Both the position numbers and the translations under genes were made by a program. Shown here one piece after another: positions 27,549-37,496 of a stretch of 64,000 nt of DNA (position 1 is its first letter; each line of letters starts with the position of its first letter). This stretch comes from Dehalococcoidia bacterium (lineage in GTDB: Bacteria; Chloroflexota; Dehalococcoidia; UBA6926). The notes beneath the pieces were generated by a model that did no database searches, was not told the DNA's origin, and was given only the letters and a program-made list of their open reading frames with translations. Where the stretch lies: contig CAXXET010000006.1 of NCBI GenBank assembly GCA_963666115.2, forward strand, positions 224,001 through 288,000. The letters run 5' to 3'.

Positions 27549-29003
27549 CTACCTTGTTGCTGCCTCTTCGATGTCTTCGTCGTCGTAGTCGGGTTCGGGC
27601 ATGATGACGAATTCGGGGTAGGATTCCATGTGGAGTTCGCCGGCATCCTGTCCCAGTTGCTCCACCTGGCGGCTTACGCGAGCGCCCAGGATCATGTCCA
27701 GCGCCTTCCAGACGAGCCAGGAGAGGCCGAAGACGGTGACACCGATGACGACGACGCCCAGCAGTTGGACGTGGAATTGTGCCCCGACGGTGAAGGCGGC
27801 GGCAAGCGTTCCCCAGATGCCCGCGAAGAGGTGGGCGGGGACTGCGCCGACGACGTCATCGATCTTGAGGCGTTCAAGCAGCCGCAGCCCGGCTACGCAG
27901 ATGAGCCCGCCGACCGCGCCGATGGGGATGGCCCAATAGTGATCGACGAAGTTGGGGGCGGCGGTGATGGAGACCAGCCCCGCTATCGCGCCGTTGAGAA
28001 CGGCGAATAGGTCTGTGCGTCCGAGTATGTAGCGCGATACAAAGATGGCCACTACGACGCCGGAGGCCGCGGAGAGGTTGGTGTTGACCAGCACGATGCT
28101 CATCCAGACAGCATCGACGGCGCTGCCAAGGGCGAGCTGCGATCCGCCGTTGAACCCGAACCAGCCGAACCAGAGGATGAAGACGCCCAACGTTACGGAG
28201 ATGATGTTGGACGGGGGTGTGGGCCGCGCCGTACCGTCACGGCGGAATTTGCCCAGGCGCGGGCCGACGACGAGGAGGCCGGCCAGCGCGGCCCAGCCAC
28301 CGGTGCCGTGGACGATGGTGGAACCGGCAAAGTCGGTGAAGCCGAGGTCGCTCAGCCAGCCGCCGCCCCACGTCCACGCGCCGATGAGGGGGTAGATGAA
28401 GGCGGTGAGGACGAGAGTGAAGAGGAAGAAGGACCACATCTTGACTCTCTCGGCGAGCGCGCCGGAGACGATGGAGGCGGTGGTGGCCACGAAGACCACC
28501 TGGAAGAACCAGTCGGACATCGCGGCATAGGCGGAGTCCTGGAGGACGCTCGCGGCGGACGCGCCGGCCTCGGCTTCGAGCAGGGCAATCTCCGCAGCGG
28601 GGGAACTGTAGGTGAGGGTGAACGTGCCGATGATCTCGCCAAAATTGAGGCCGAGCATGGTCAGGTCACGTCCGACGTCCACGTACATGAGGTTGTAGCC
28701 GATGGTGTAGTAGGCAAGGCCCGCAATCGAGTAGAGGCCGATGTTCTTCATGCAGATCATGGCGGCGTTCTTGGTGCGGACGGACCCGGCCTCCAGCATG
28801 GTGAAACCGGCGCACATCCACATGACGAGGGCGCCCCAGAGGAGGAAGGAGATGGTGTTGAAGACGAAGGCGGTTTCCTCTTCGACGCCTGCGGCGTGGG
28901 CGACGCCGGGGCGGAGAAGCAACAGGACAAGGGTTGCAATGCCGCTTGCGGCAAGAATGACGGGGATACGCTGATTGACCATCAACCACTGCATCGCTCT
29001 CAT
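27549..29003 (-). CDS. amtB: Ammonium transporter
   Basis: GF..LEAG.VRTKN, FFQ..F.AT..SIVSGA.AER, DFAGS.IVH, WFGWFGFNGGS, DD..GA.PAH (both pore His present). Confidence 0.96.
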   Translation of the reverse strand: MRAMQWLMVNQRIPVILAASGIATLVLLLLRPGVAHAAGVEEETAFVFNTISFLLWGALVMWMCAGFTMLEAGSVRTKNAAMICMKNIGLYSIAGLAYYTIGYNLMYVDVGRDLTMLGLNFGEIIGTFTLTYSSPAAEIALLEAEAGASAASVLQDSAYAAMSDWFFQVVFVATTASIVSGALAERVKMWSFFLFTLVLTAFIYPLIGAWTWGGGWLSDLGFTDFAGSTIVHGTGGWAALAGLLVVGPRLGKFRRDGTARPTPPSNIISVTLGVFILWFGWFGFNGGSQLALGSAVDAVWMSIVLVNTNLSAASGVVVAIFVSRYILGRTDLFAVLNGAIAGLVSITAAPNFVDHYWAIPIGAVGGLICVAGLRLLERLKIDDVVGAVPAHLFAGIWGTLAAAFTVGAQFHVQLLGVVVIGVTVFGLSWLVWKALDMILGARVSRQVEQLGQDAGELHMESYPEFVIMPEPDYDDEDIEEAATR

Positions 29004-29234
29004 CGTGTGCCCCTCCCAGTGCGCCAGAAGAACCATCGCCAACGTTCATTTAGACTGTAGCAGTATAGCGGGGGGCGGCGCATGGGAATTGAGACTAGCG
29101 GATTCCCCCCACGTATCAATTCGGGGCAAGCACTTGCGGGAACGGCGGTTTCTGTTGACACTAATGGGTGCACATGGGACGATATTCGGCTTGCGGCAGT
29201 GGGATCGCGGGCACCAATTTCGGAGGACGAGCGC

Positions 29235-30398
29235 ATGAGCAAACGGAATCAGGGACGGTGGCGGGATACGCCGGAGGGGGCGCCACTCCACCAAGTCGCC
29301 ATCGTGGGCGCGGGGGCGGCCGGGCTCGGCTGCGCGGTGGCGCTCCAGGAGTTTGGCGTCGATGACATCATCATCCTCGATCGCCACGAGGTCGGCGCGT
29401 CGTTCCGGCGGTGGCCGCAAGAGATGCGCTTCATCACGCCGTCGTTCACGTCGAACGCGTTTGGGCTGCTGGACCTCAATGCGATTGTCCCTGGCACGTC
29501 GCCCGCCTTTACGCTCGACCGCGAACACCCCAGCGGAAAGGCTTACGCGCAGTATCTCGACAACGTCGCCAATCACTTCGAGCTACAGGTGAAACCCGGC
29601 GTCGACGTCTCCTCCGTCACGGTGGAGGACAACGGGACGTTCACGCTGACCACGAGCGACCGGCCGGTGCGGGCGCGGCATCTGATCTGGGCAGCGGGCG
29701 AGTTCCAATATCCGAACCGCAATTCGTTCGCGGGCGCCGAGTCCTGCTGCCACTCTTCCGACGTGAACACATGGCAGGACCTGGAGGGCGACAGTTTCAC
29801 GGTGATTGGCGGGTACGAGAGCGCGGCGGACGCGGCCGTGTCGCTGGTGCAACTGGAGAAGGACGTGACCGTCCTGGCGCGGACGGCGACGTGGAGGAGA
29901 GAAGACCCGGATCCGAGCATCTCCCTCTCCCCGTTCTCCCGCGAACGCCTTGAATGGGCCGACTCCACGGGCTCCGTGCAACTCGTCGAGGACGTCGACA
30001 TCACGTCGGTGCGCGAGGACGGCGACAGGTGGATCGCGCAGGCCTCGGACGGGCGCGAATGGCCGAGCGAGACACGCCCGATCCTTGCCACCGGCTTCAA
30101 GAAATCGCTCGGCTACCTCGACGGTCTGATCGAGTACAACGAGGGCGGCGCTCCCGTGGTCACGGAGGAGGCGGACGAATCCACGCTTGTGCCCGGCCTG
30201 TTCCTCTCCGGCCCGATAGTCGAGCACCGGGGCGTGAACTTCTGCTTCATCTACAAGTTCCGGCAGCGCTTCGCGATCATCGCTGACGCGATTGCGCAGC
30301 GGCTCGGATTGGACACGACGGAAGCCGTTGAGGACCGCCGAGCGGCGGGGATGTACCTGGATGACCTCTCCTGCTGTGTTGAATCTTGTTCGTGCTGA
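29235..30398 (+). CDS. NAD(P)/FAD-dependent oxidoreductase with Cys-rich C-terminus
   Basis: IVGAGAAG, FITPSF, WAAGEFQYP, IGGYESA.D, ATGF, FCFIYKFRQRF, C-terminal DDLSCCVESCSC; RBS GGAGG. Confidence 0.88.
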   Translation: MSKRNQGRWRDTPEGAPLHQVAIVGAGAAGLGCAVALQEFGVDDIIILDRHEVGASFRRWPQEMRFITPSFTSNAFGLLDLNAIVPGTSPAFTLDREHPSGKAYAQYLDNVANHFELQVKPGVDVSSVTVEDNGTFTLTTSDRPVRARHLIWAAGEFQYPNRNSFAGAESCCHSSDVNTWQDLEGDSFTVIGGYESAADAAVSLVQLEKDVTVLARTATWRREDPDPSISLSPFSRERLEWADSTGSVQLVEDVDITSVREDGDRWIAQASDGREWPSETRPILATGFKKSLGYLDGLIEYNEGGAPVVTEEADESTLVPGLFLSGPIVEHRGVNFCFIYKFRQRFAIIADAIAQRLGLDTTEAVEDRRAAGMYLDDLSCCVESCSC

Positions 30399-31506
30399 GC
30401 CGCGGCACGTACTGCTCGATCACGCGATCGCGGGGCCCGTAACCGCGATACTCCTGCTCATCCTGCCGGCGCTGCTGGCCGTGATTGGGGCGAACCAGAC
30501 CGCCGGCTTGCTTGATCCGCTGGTTGTGGGGATTACGACACCGCTGGCGGAGGGGGTGGCGGGCTGGCCGGGGCCGCTATCGGCTGTGCTGGCGGGCGAC
30601 TACGGATTGCTGACGATGGGGCCGCTACTGTTCGTGTGGGCGGTCCCCACGGTGCTGGTCTACTCGGCGTTGATCAGCGTGTACACGGTGAGCGGCCTTG
30701 CCGACCGCATCGGGACGGCGCTCCACCCTCTGCTGCGGCCACTCGGCCTGCACGGGCGCGACGTGACGCGTGTGCTGATGGGCTTTGGGTGCAACGTGCC
30801 GGCGATTGTGGCGACGCGCTCGTGCGCCAGCTGCACGCGGCCAACGACCGTCGGCGCGATCTCGTTCGGGTCTGCCTGCTCGTACCAGCTTGGCGCGACG
30901 CTCGCGGTCTTTGCCGCCGCTGACAGGGGCATCCTCGTGGTTCCGTACCTTGCGCTGCTCGTCGCGGCGACGCTGGTGTATGCACGCCTTATCAGCGGGT
31001 CTGCCGCGCGGTCGGAACTCAGCGCTCTCCTCATGGGACCGCGCGCGCCGGTCACGTGGCCACCCCTGGCGGCGGTCTGGGCGCAGACGCGGGATACAAT
31101 CTGGTCGTTCTTCCGCACGGCGGCGCCGATTTTCTTCGCAATTGCCATGGTCGCGTCGCTCCTCGATTGGTCGGGCGCGCTCGATGCAGCGGGCGGCTTG
31201 CTGGGGCCTGCGATGGCGGTGTTCGCACTGCCGGCTGAGGCTGCTATGCCGACCGTGCTGGCCGCTGTCCGCAAGGACGGCATACTGCTGCTGGCCGAGG
31301 CCGGGACGGTTGCGTCGTTGAGCGCGACGCAGCTGCTGGTTGCGACGTTCCTCGCGGGAACTGTGCTGCCGTGCCTTGTGACCGCGATCACGATTGGGCG
31401 CGAGCTTGGGGTACGGTTCGCGGGCAGGCTTGTCGCGCAGCAGTCCGTCTTCGCCATCGCGGTTGCCGCCGCCGTGGGCTGGGGACTGGCTGCGTTCGCC
31501 GGCTAA
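30361..31506 (+). CDS. FeoB-like membrane (gate/nucleoside-recognition) protein lacking the GTPase domain; start uncertain
   Basis: LMGFGCNVPA..ATR.C..C, SACSYQ, RKDG, LPCLVT motifs; overlaps the oxidoreductase 3' end. Confidence 0.8.
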   Translation: MTSPAVLNLVRAEPRHVLLDHAIAGPVTAILLLILPALLAVIGANQTAGLLDPLVVGITTPLAEGVAGWPGPLSAVLAGDYGLLTMGPLLFVWAVPTVLVYSALISVYTVSGLADRIGTALHPLLRPLGLHGRDVTRVLMGFGCNVPAIVATRSCASCTRPTTVGAISFGSACSYQLGATLAVFAAADRGILVVPYLALLVAATLVYARLISGSAARSELSALLMGPRAPVTWPPLAAVWAQTRDTIWSFFRTAAPIFFAIAMVASLLDWSGALDAAGGLLGPAMAVFALPAEAAMPTVLAAVRKDGILLLAEAGTVASLSATQLLVATFLAGTVLPCLVTAITIGRELGVRFAGRLVAQQSVFAIAVAAAVGWGLAAFAG

Positions 31507-31515
31507 CGAGCCGCG

Positions 31516-32346
31516 TTACGACACTGCCGCGTGGAGGGCCAGAAGGCTTTCGCCTGCCTCCAGGGGAGTGTTTGAGCCGCCAAGCGGACATTCGGCGGCG
31601 CGGCCCGGGCCGTGGTAATCACTGCCGCCGAGGGCAAGCAGGCCGTACTGATCAGCGAGCGCCTTGAGATGGGCGCGCAGGTCGTCAGGGTAGAGGCCGT
31701 AGTAGACCTCCATGCCTGCAAGCCCCGCCTCCACCCATCCCGGCAGCAGTTCTTCCACCTGCGGCGTCTCCTTCGGGTGGGCGAGGGCCGGCACGCCGCC
31801 GTACTGTCGTACCAGGCGAAAGGCCTCTTCCGGGGGCATCTTGCGGCGTCCCGCGTAGGCGGGGCCGTCATTTTTGAGGTAACGGTCGAACGCCTCCCGG
31901 ATGCTGGGGACGTGCCCCGCCTCCATGAGAGCCTGGGCGATGTGCGGGCGGCCAATCGCGCCGTCGCCCACAATCTCCATGACGCGCTCCCACGACACGG
32001 GCGCGCCCAGCTTTTCCAGGTTCTCCACCATGCGCGCGGCGCGCCCAAAGCGGTCGTCGCGGAATGAGGCGAGCGTGGCCTGCAGATCCGCGTTCTCAAC
32101 ATCGATGAAGTAGCCGAGGACGTGCGCCTCGCCCTCCGGCACGTCTGCTGAGATTTCGATTCCGGGGATGAGGGTCAGTTCGGGGTATTGTTTCGCCGCC
32201 TCAATCGCCTCTGCCTGTCCGTCCGTTGAATCGTGGTCGGTTATCGAGAAGTACTTGATGCCTGCCGCCGCGGCCTCGTGGACGAGCTCCGTGGGCGTGA
32301 GGATACCGTCCGAGACCGTGGAGTGTGTGTGAAGGTCTGAGCTCAT
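31516..32346 (-). CDS. PHP-domain phosphoesterase (TrpH/YciV family)
   Basis: DLHTHSTVSDG, ITDHD, GIEIS, GRPHIA, LAHP, GGSDYHG. Confidence 0.93.
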   Translation of the reverse strand: MSSDLHTHSTVSDGILTPTELVHEAAAAGIKYFSITDHDSTDGQAEAIEAAKQYPELTLIPGIEISADVPEGEAHVLGYFIDVENADLQATLASFRDDRFGRAARMVENLEKLGAPVSWERVMEIVGDGAIGRPHIAQALMEAGHVPSIREAFDRYLKNDGPAYAGRRKMPPEEAFRLVRQYGGVPALAHPKETPQVEELLPGWVEAGLAGMEVYYGLYPDDLRAHLKALADQYGLLALGGSDYHGPGRAAECPLGGSNTPLEAGESLLALHAAVS

Positions 32347-33116
32347 TACTCGTCCGCGCGATCCACGCGCTCTATGGAGACGGCAAGGCCGGTCGAATCG
32401 TCGGTTTCGATGAGGACGGAGTTGAAGCGGCCGGGGCCGGCGCCGACGTCAAGGCGCACAGGGACGCCGGTCAGGAATCGCTCCAGCACGGGTGACGGAT
32501 CACTCCCGATGATGGAGTTGATGGCCCCGCACATGCCAAGGTCACTGACGAATGCCGTTCCCCTGGGCAGGACACGGGCGTCCGCAGTGGGGACATGGGT
32601 ATGCGTGCCGACGACGGCGCTCACCCGGCCGTCAACGTGCCAGGCGAGCGCGCCCTTTTCGGACGTGGCCTCAGCGTGGAAGTCAACGACGATGGCGCGC
32701 GGCTGCTCGGTAAGGTTCGCAAGCAAGTCGTCCATTGCCGCGAAGGGGTCATCAATCTGGACGGGCATGAAGGTGCGGCCCTGGAGGCTGACGACGAGCG
32801 CGCCCCTGGCCATGACCGCGCCGCGCCCGGGGGCGGCCTGCGGATAGTTGACGGGGCGGAGGATGGGCGTTTCGCCGTCCAGGTGGGGCATGATGTCCTT
32901 GTTGTCCCAGATGTGGTTGCCGGACGTGATGACATCCACACCGGCGTCGAGCATCTCTTTTGCCACTTTGGGCGTGATGCCGAAACCAGCGGCGGAGTTC
33001 TCGCCGTTGGCGACGACAAGATCGATGGCGTGCTCATCGCGCAGGGCGGGCAGGTATTTCCTGACGGCCTGCCTGCCGGGCCGCCCAACGAGGTCGCCGA
33101 TCATCATGATGCGCAT
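32346..33116 (-). CDS. ymdB: YmdB-family metallophosphoesterase
   Basis: IGDLVGRPGR, NGENSAAG, SGNHIWD, DFHAEATSEK, GTHTHVPTAD. Confidence 0.95.
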   Translation of the reverse strand: MRIMMIGDLVGRPGRQAVRKYLPALRDEHAIDLVVANGENSAAGFGITPKVAKEMLDAGVDVITSGNHIWDNKDIMPHLDGETPILRPVNYPQAAPGRGAVMARGALVVSLQGRTFMPVQIDDPFAAMDDLLANLTEQPRAIVVDFHAEATSEKGALAWHVDGRVSAVVGTHTHVPTADARVLPRGTAFVSDLGMCGAINSIIGSDPSPVLERFLTGVPVRLDVGAGPGRFNSVLIETDDSTGLAVSIERVDRADE

Positions 33117-33137
33117 GGTGTGAGAATGGGCCTCCGG

Positions 33138-34673
33138 CTAGCGCGCGTATTCCACGGCGCGGGTTTCGCGGATGACCATGACCTTGATCTGGCCGGGGTA
33201 CTCCATGGAGTCCTGGATCTTCTTGGTCATGTCGCGCGCCATGCGCATGGCGGCGGTATCGTCCACGTTGTCCGGCTGAACCATGACGCGCACTTCGCGG
33301 CCCGCCTGGATGGCGTAGGCCCTATCGACGCCGTCGAAGCCAAGCGCGATCTGTTCCAGGGTTTCGAGGCGCTTGATGTATTGCTGGGCGCTCTCACGAC
33401 GCGCGCCGGGGCGCGCGCCGCTGATGGCATCGGCGGCGGCGACGAGAAAGGCCTCGACGCTCTTCCACCCCTCTTCGCCGTGATGGTCGCCGACGGCGCG
33501 GACGACGCGCTGGTTGATCTTGTAGCGTTCCAACAGGTCCGCGCCGACGATGGCGTGAGGGCCCTCGACCTCATGGGAGAGGGCTTTGCCGATGTCATGG
33601 AGGAAACCGGCGCGGCGACAGATATCGACGTTGGCGCGCAGTTCAGATGCGAGCGATGCGGCAAGGTGGGCGGTTTCGATGCTGTGCTGGAGAACGTTCT
33701 GGCCGTAGCTGTAGCGGAACTTGAGGCGTCCCAACGTCTTGACGATGTCGGGATGGAGACCCTGGACGCGGGCATCGTAACAGGCCTCTTCGCCGGCTTT
33801 CTTGATGATGTCGTCCATCTCCTCCTGCGCCTTGACGACGAGTTCTTCAATGCGGGCGGGCTGGATGCGGCCGTCCTGCACGAGGCGGGAGACTGCCATC
33901 CGCGCCACCTCTCGCCGCACGGGGTCGAACGCGGAGAGCGTCACCACTTCCGGCGTGTCATCCACTATCAGGTTCACGCCGGTCGCGTTTTCAAGGGCGC
34001 GGATGTTGCGACCCTCGCGACCAATCAGGCGGCCCTTCATCTCATCGTTTGGGAGCGAGACGACGCTCGTTGTGAGTTCGGAGACGACTTCGTTGGCGTA
34101 GCGCTGCATGGACTGTGCCATGATCTTGAAGGCGCGCTCCGTGGACTCTTCGCGCACGGACTCTTCCATGTCGCGCACGCGGCGTGACGCCTCGATCTCG
34201 ATTTCGCTTTCGAGCTGGGTGAGGAGCAGTTCGCGCCCCTCGTCCATGGTGAGTTGAGAGACGCGCTCAAGCTCGCGGAGGTGCTCGGCGTGCAACTCAT
34301 CCACTTGCGCGCGGACGGTGTTGATCTTCGCCTCCTTGTCGTTCATCTCGCGGTCGCGCTTGTCGAAGTTTTCAAGGCGGCGGTCGACTTGCTCCTCCTT
34401 GCGCTGGAGGCGGCGCTCGATGCGCTGGACTTCGGAGCGCTGCTCACGGACCTCGCGCTCGGATTCGTCACGGACGCGGATGGCCTCCTGCTGGGCACGG
34501 AGGATGATCTCCTTGCTCTCGGTCTCACCCTCTTCCAGGCGGCGCTGGACCTCAAGGGATGCGCCGCGGAGGTTACCCGCCGAGATGACCCGCTGCAGCA
34601 CGAGGCCGGCGGCTGTGCCGGCCCCGCCGAGCAGGAGTATGAGAAAGACGAACAGGATAGGGTTGATGGTCAT
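33138..34673 (-). CDS. rny: Ribonuclease Y
   Basis: N-terminal TM and coiled coil; KH domain MKGRLIGREGRNIR; HD domain LHDIGK; ADAISGARPGARRE. Confidence 0.97.
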   Translation of the reverse strand: MTINPILFVFLILLLGGAGTAAGLVLQRVISAGNLRGASLEVQRRLEEGETESKEIILRAQQEAIRVRDESEREVREQRSEVQRIERRLQRKEEQVDRRLENFDKRDREMNDKEAKINTVRAQVDELHAEHLRELERVSQLTMDEGRELLLTQLESEIEIEASRRVRDMEESVREESTERAFKIMAQSMQRYANEVVSELTTSVVSLPNDEMKGRLIGREGRNIRALENATGVNLIVDDTPEVVTLSAFDPVRREVARMAVSRLVQDGRIQPARIEELVVKAQEEMDDIIKKAGEEACYDARVQGLHPDIVKTLGRLKFRYSYGQNVLQHSIETAHLAASLASELRANVDICRRAGFLHDIGKALSHEVEGPHAIVGADLLERYKINQRVVRAVGDHHGEEGWKSVEAFLVAAADAISGARPGARRESAQQYIKRLETLEQIALGFDGVDRAYAIQAGREVRVMVQPDNVDDTAAMRMARDMTKKIQDSMEYPGQIKVMVIRETRAVEYAR

Positions 34674-34740
34674 AGTGGTTCTCCCCGGGTTCATGGCGGC
34701 ATGATGTCCGCCCGTTGTGGCGTTGTGGAACGAGACAAAG

Positions 34741-34771
34741 AAAAAGGGGCGCGGTTAGCCCGCAGCCCCTT
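34741..34771 (-). terminator. Probable intrinsic terminator after recA
   Basis: GC stem AGGGGC(T)GCGG-loop-CCGCGCCCCT followed by a T-run on the minus strand. Confidence 0.6.
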
Positions 34772-34802
34772 GTTGAGTCCTGGTTTAGGTTCGGATAGAG
34801 AG

Positions 34803-35894
34803 TCAGGTGACCTCCTCCGTGTCGTCGTCGACGGGCGCGGGCACATAGCCGTTGGCCTTGCTGTTATCGGAGGCGCTGCCGCCGCGAATGTCCTGTTCGA
34901 GGGCGTTGGCGAGGTCCGCGTTGGAATGGAGGAAGGATTTGGCGTTTTCGCGGCCCTGTCCGAGGCGGACGTCTCCGTACGAGTAAAAGGCTCCCGTCTT
35001 CTTGAGGAAACCGGCTTGCGTGCCGAGATCGATGAGATCGGCCTCGCGGCTGATGCCATGTCCAAACATGATGTCAAACTCGGCGACGCGGAAAGGCGGG
35101 GCCATCTTGTTTTTGACCACGCGGGCGCGCAGGTGCAGTCCCACGCTCTCCGTCCCCTGCTTGATGGTTTCCATGCGTCTCAAATCAATCCGAATCGACG
35201 AATAGAATTTCAACGCGCGTCCGCCGGGGGTGACCTCGGGGCTGCCGAAGAGGACACCGACCTTCTCACGAACCTGGTTGATAAAGATTACCGCCGTCTT
35301 CGAACGATGGGTGGTTCCAGTCAGTTTTCTGAGGGCCTGGGACATGAGGCGGGCCTGCAATCCCACATGCATGTCTCCCATGTTCCCGTCAATCTCGGCC
35401 TTGGGCACCAGCGCGGCCACGCTGTCGATGACGATGGCATCCACTGCGGCGCTCCGCACCAACGCCTCGGTAATGTCCAGCGCCTGCTCCGCGTTGTCCG
35501 GCTGGGAGATCAGCAAGTCGTCCACGTTGATGCCGCAGGCGGCGGCGTACGTGGGGTCCATTGCATGCTCGGCGTCGATGTACGCCACCGTGCCGCCCTG
35601 TTTCTGGGCACTGGCGATGACGTGCTGGGCGAGCGTGGACTTGCCGGACGATTCCGCGCCGTAGATTTCCGTGATGCGCCCGCGCGGGATGCCGCCGATG
35701 CCAAGCGCGAGGTCAAGCGACAGGGAACCCGTGGGGATGACCTCCACGTCAAAGAGTCCGGCGGAATCGCCGAACCGCATGAGGGAGCCCTTGCCGAAGC
35801 TGCGCTCAATCAGCGTCAGCGCCTGCTCGAGCGCCTTTTCCTTCTCCGTCACCATCGTGTCCGCGCTTTCTTTGGCTTTGGTTGCCGTTGCCAT
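34803..35894 (-). CDS. recA: Recombinase A
   Basis: [46 protein letters not shown]. Confidence 0.99.
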   Translation of the reverse strand: MATATKAKESADTMVTEKEKALEQALTLIERSFGKGSLMRFGDSAGLFDVEVIPTGSLSLDLALGIGGIPRGRITEIYGAESSGKSTLAQHVIASAQKQGGTVAYIDAEHAMDPTYAAACGINVDDLLISQPDNAEQALDITEALVRSAAVDAIVIDSVAALVPKAEIDGNMGDMHVGLQARLMSQALRKLTGTTHRSKTAVIFINQVREKVGVLFGSPEVTPGGRALKFYSSIRIDLRRMETIKQGTESVGLHLRARVVKNKMAPPFRVAEFDIMFGHGISREADLIDLGTQAGFLKKTGAFYSYGDVRLGQGRENAKSFLHSNADLANALEQDIRGGSASDNSKANGYVPAPVDDDTEEVT

Positions 35895-35939
35895 GATACC
35901 ATTCCTCCCCGTTGCTTCTCAATGCGGCCGAGACCAAGC

Positions 35940-35978
35940 GAACGCATGTACAACGAACGCTTGTTCAGTATCGTACCA
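35940..35978 (-). promoter_or_regulatory. recA promoter with two LexA (SOS) boxes
   Basis: GAACGCATGTAC at 35940-35951 and GAACGCTTGTTC at 35955-35966, immediately downstream of an extended -10 TGgTACGAT at 35970-35978. Confidence 0.8.
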
Positions 35979-36054
35979 CATCTCCGGCGGAATGCTACCC
36001 TTGTTGTGAGGCAATTCGCCAACTTTAGTTCATAGGGCCAAGGAGGACTCTTTC

Positions 36055-36951
36055 ATGGCAGATTACGAGAACGTGTTGTATGAGCGGCAGGGCAAGGGCG
36101 TGGTCATCACGCTGAACCGCCCCGCGCAGATGAACGCATTCAACCAGGGGCTGCGCTCGGACGTGCACGCGGCGTTCGATGAGGCGGAACAGGATCCGGA
36201 CGTGCGCTACATCATCCTGACGGGCGCGGGGCGGGCGTTCAGCGCGGGCGCGGACCTTTCGCTCGGCGCGGGCGGCGGCAATTCCGAGACCGTGTGGCCG
36301 TACGGCCTGCAGGAGGGGCAGTCGGTCGCGTCGTTCCTCGATCAGTGGCGGACACAGGATCGGACGGGCATCCGCCGCCTGATACACATGTGGGAACTGA
36401 CGACGCCGATCATCGGCGCGATCAACGGCTGGGCGCTGGCGTGGGGGTCGTGGTACGCGCTGACGACGCACATCACGATTGCGTCGGAGAACGCGGTGTT
36501 CGGGCAGCCTGAGATTCGCCATATTTCCAACACGAACTTCATCTGGACGCTGCTGGCGGGCTACAAGCACGCGCTGCGCTATGGGTTGACGGGCGACCAC
36601 ATCGACGCGCAGGAGGCGCTGCGTATCGGCCTGGTCAACAAGGTGGTGCCGCACGAGGACCTGATGGAGGAGTGCTCGTATATCGGCGAGCGCATCGCGC
36701 TGGTCAGCCCGGAGACGGTGAAGATCAACCTGGCTGTCGCGACGCAGGGACTGAACATGATGGGGTTCCATAATGCGTGGAACCTGAACGCGGAACTGTC
36801 CGCGCTGGCGCACACGTCGCAGCGGGAGGATTTCAAGCGCCGCATGGAGGACGCGGGCAAGGAGGGCGGGCTGCGGGCGTACCTGCAAGAGCGGGACGGG
36901 CCGTTCCAGCCGGAGCCTTTTGGGCCGCGGTCTGCGGGGGCGCGGGACTAG
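36055..36951 (+). CDS. Enoyl-CoA hydratase/isomerase family protein
   Basis: ITLNRP..MNA, GAGRAFSAGAD, AINGWAL, FGQPE, DAQEALRIGLVN; RBS AAGGAGG. Confidence 0.93.
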   Translation: MADYENVLYERQGKGVVITLNRPAQMNAFNQGLRSDVHAAFDEAEQDPDVRYIILTGAGRAFSAGADLSLGAGGGNSETVWPYGLQEGQSVASFLDQWRTQDRTGIRRLIHMWELTTPIIGAINGWALAWGSWYALTTHITIASENAVFGQPEIRHISNTNFIWTLLAGYKHALRYGLTGDHIDAQEALRIGLVNKVVPHEDLMEECSYIGERIALVSPETVKINLAVATQGLNMMGFHNAWNLNAELSALAHTSQREDFKRRMEDAGKEGGLRAYLQERDGPFQPEPFGPRSAGARD

Positions 36952-36981
36952 ACGGGTAAACTTGGCGAGCAGGTTTGAAAG

Positions 36982-37009
36982 GTGGGGGCGGCTTGCGGGC
37001 CGCCCCTAC
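36982..37009. repeat. REP-like palindrome (GTAG family)
   Basis: GTGGGGGCGGCTTGCGGGCCGCCCCTAC, same length and stem as 11230-11257. Confidence 0.7.
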
Positions 37010-37012
37010 GCG

Positions 37013-37288
37013 TTACTTGCCGTCGATGAGGCCCTGTTCGGCCTCCCAGACTACATCGATAGGCGACACAATATCGCCAAGAATCTTAATTCGATCCCGG
37101 TCACGTCCGAAAGGCGGCGGGAATCGTTTCTCGTGTGGCGTGAGCCTGGCGACGGGTTTGCCGTTTTTTGTGATGATGATTTCCTCGCCGGATTCCGCGA
37201 CCTCGTCCATGAGCTTGAGGCACGTTGCCTTGAACTCGGATGCCTTGATGGTGCGGGGCGTTCCGGGAGTTGGTTCAGAAGTCGTCAT
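37013..37288 (-). CDS. Phd/YefM family antitoxin (orphan)
   Basis: TIKASEFKATCLKLMDEVAESGEEIIITKNGKPVARL; RBS AAGGGAG. Confidence 0.9.
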   Translation of the reverse strand: MTTSEPTPGTPRTIKASEFKATCLKLMDEVAESGEEIIITKNGKPVARLTPHEKRFPPPFGRDRDRIKILGDIVSPIDVVWEAEQGLIDGK

Positions 37289-37325
37289 GCCGCATTCTCC
37301 CTTGCAGCGATTTCCTGTCGTGTCG

Positions 37326-37356
37326 TGACCATAGTCATGACTATGGTCATAGTATA
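37326..37356 (-). promoter_or_regulatory. 24-bp perfect palindromic operator adjacent to a -10 box
   Basis: TGACCATAGTCATGACTATGGTCA at 37326-37349; TATACT on the minus strand at 37351-37356. Confidence 0.7.
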
Positions 37357-37496
37357 CGCGGGTCCTCCTGACCGCGTGGCGCTCTTTTCTGATTACGATG
37401 GCCGCTCCGGAGGGGTGGCGGGCTAGTATAGTGAAAAGTAAGGAGATTTTGCAAAACGTAAGGAACTTGCCGCGGCACGGAGTCAAGGAGGCTGAC

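Noticed and set aside
32595-36035. Long + strand ORFs (530 aa and 593 aa)
   Set aside because: Antisense shadows of ymdB, rny and recA, typical of high-GC codon bias; no motifs
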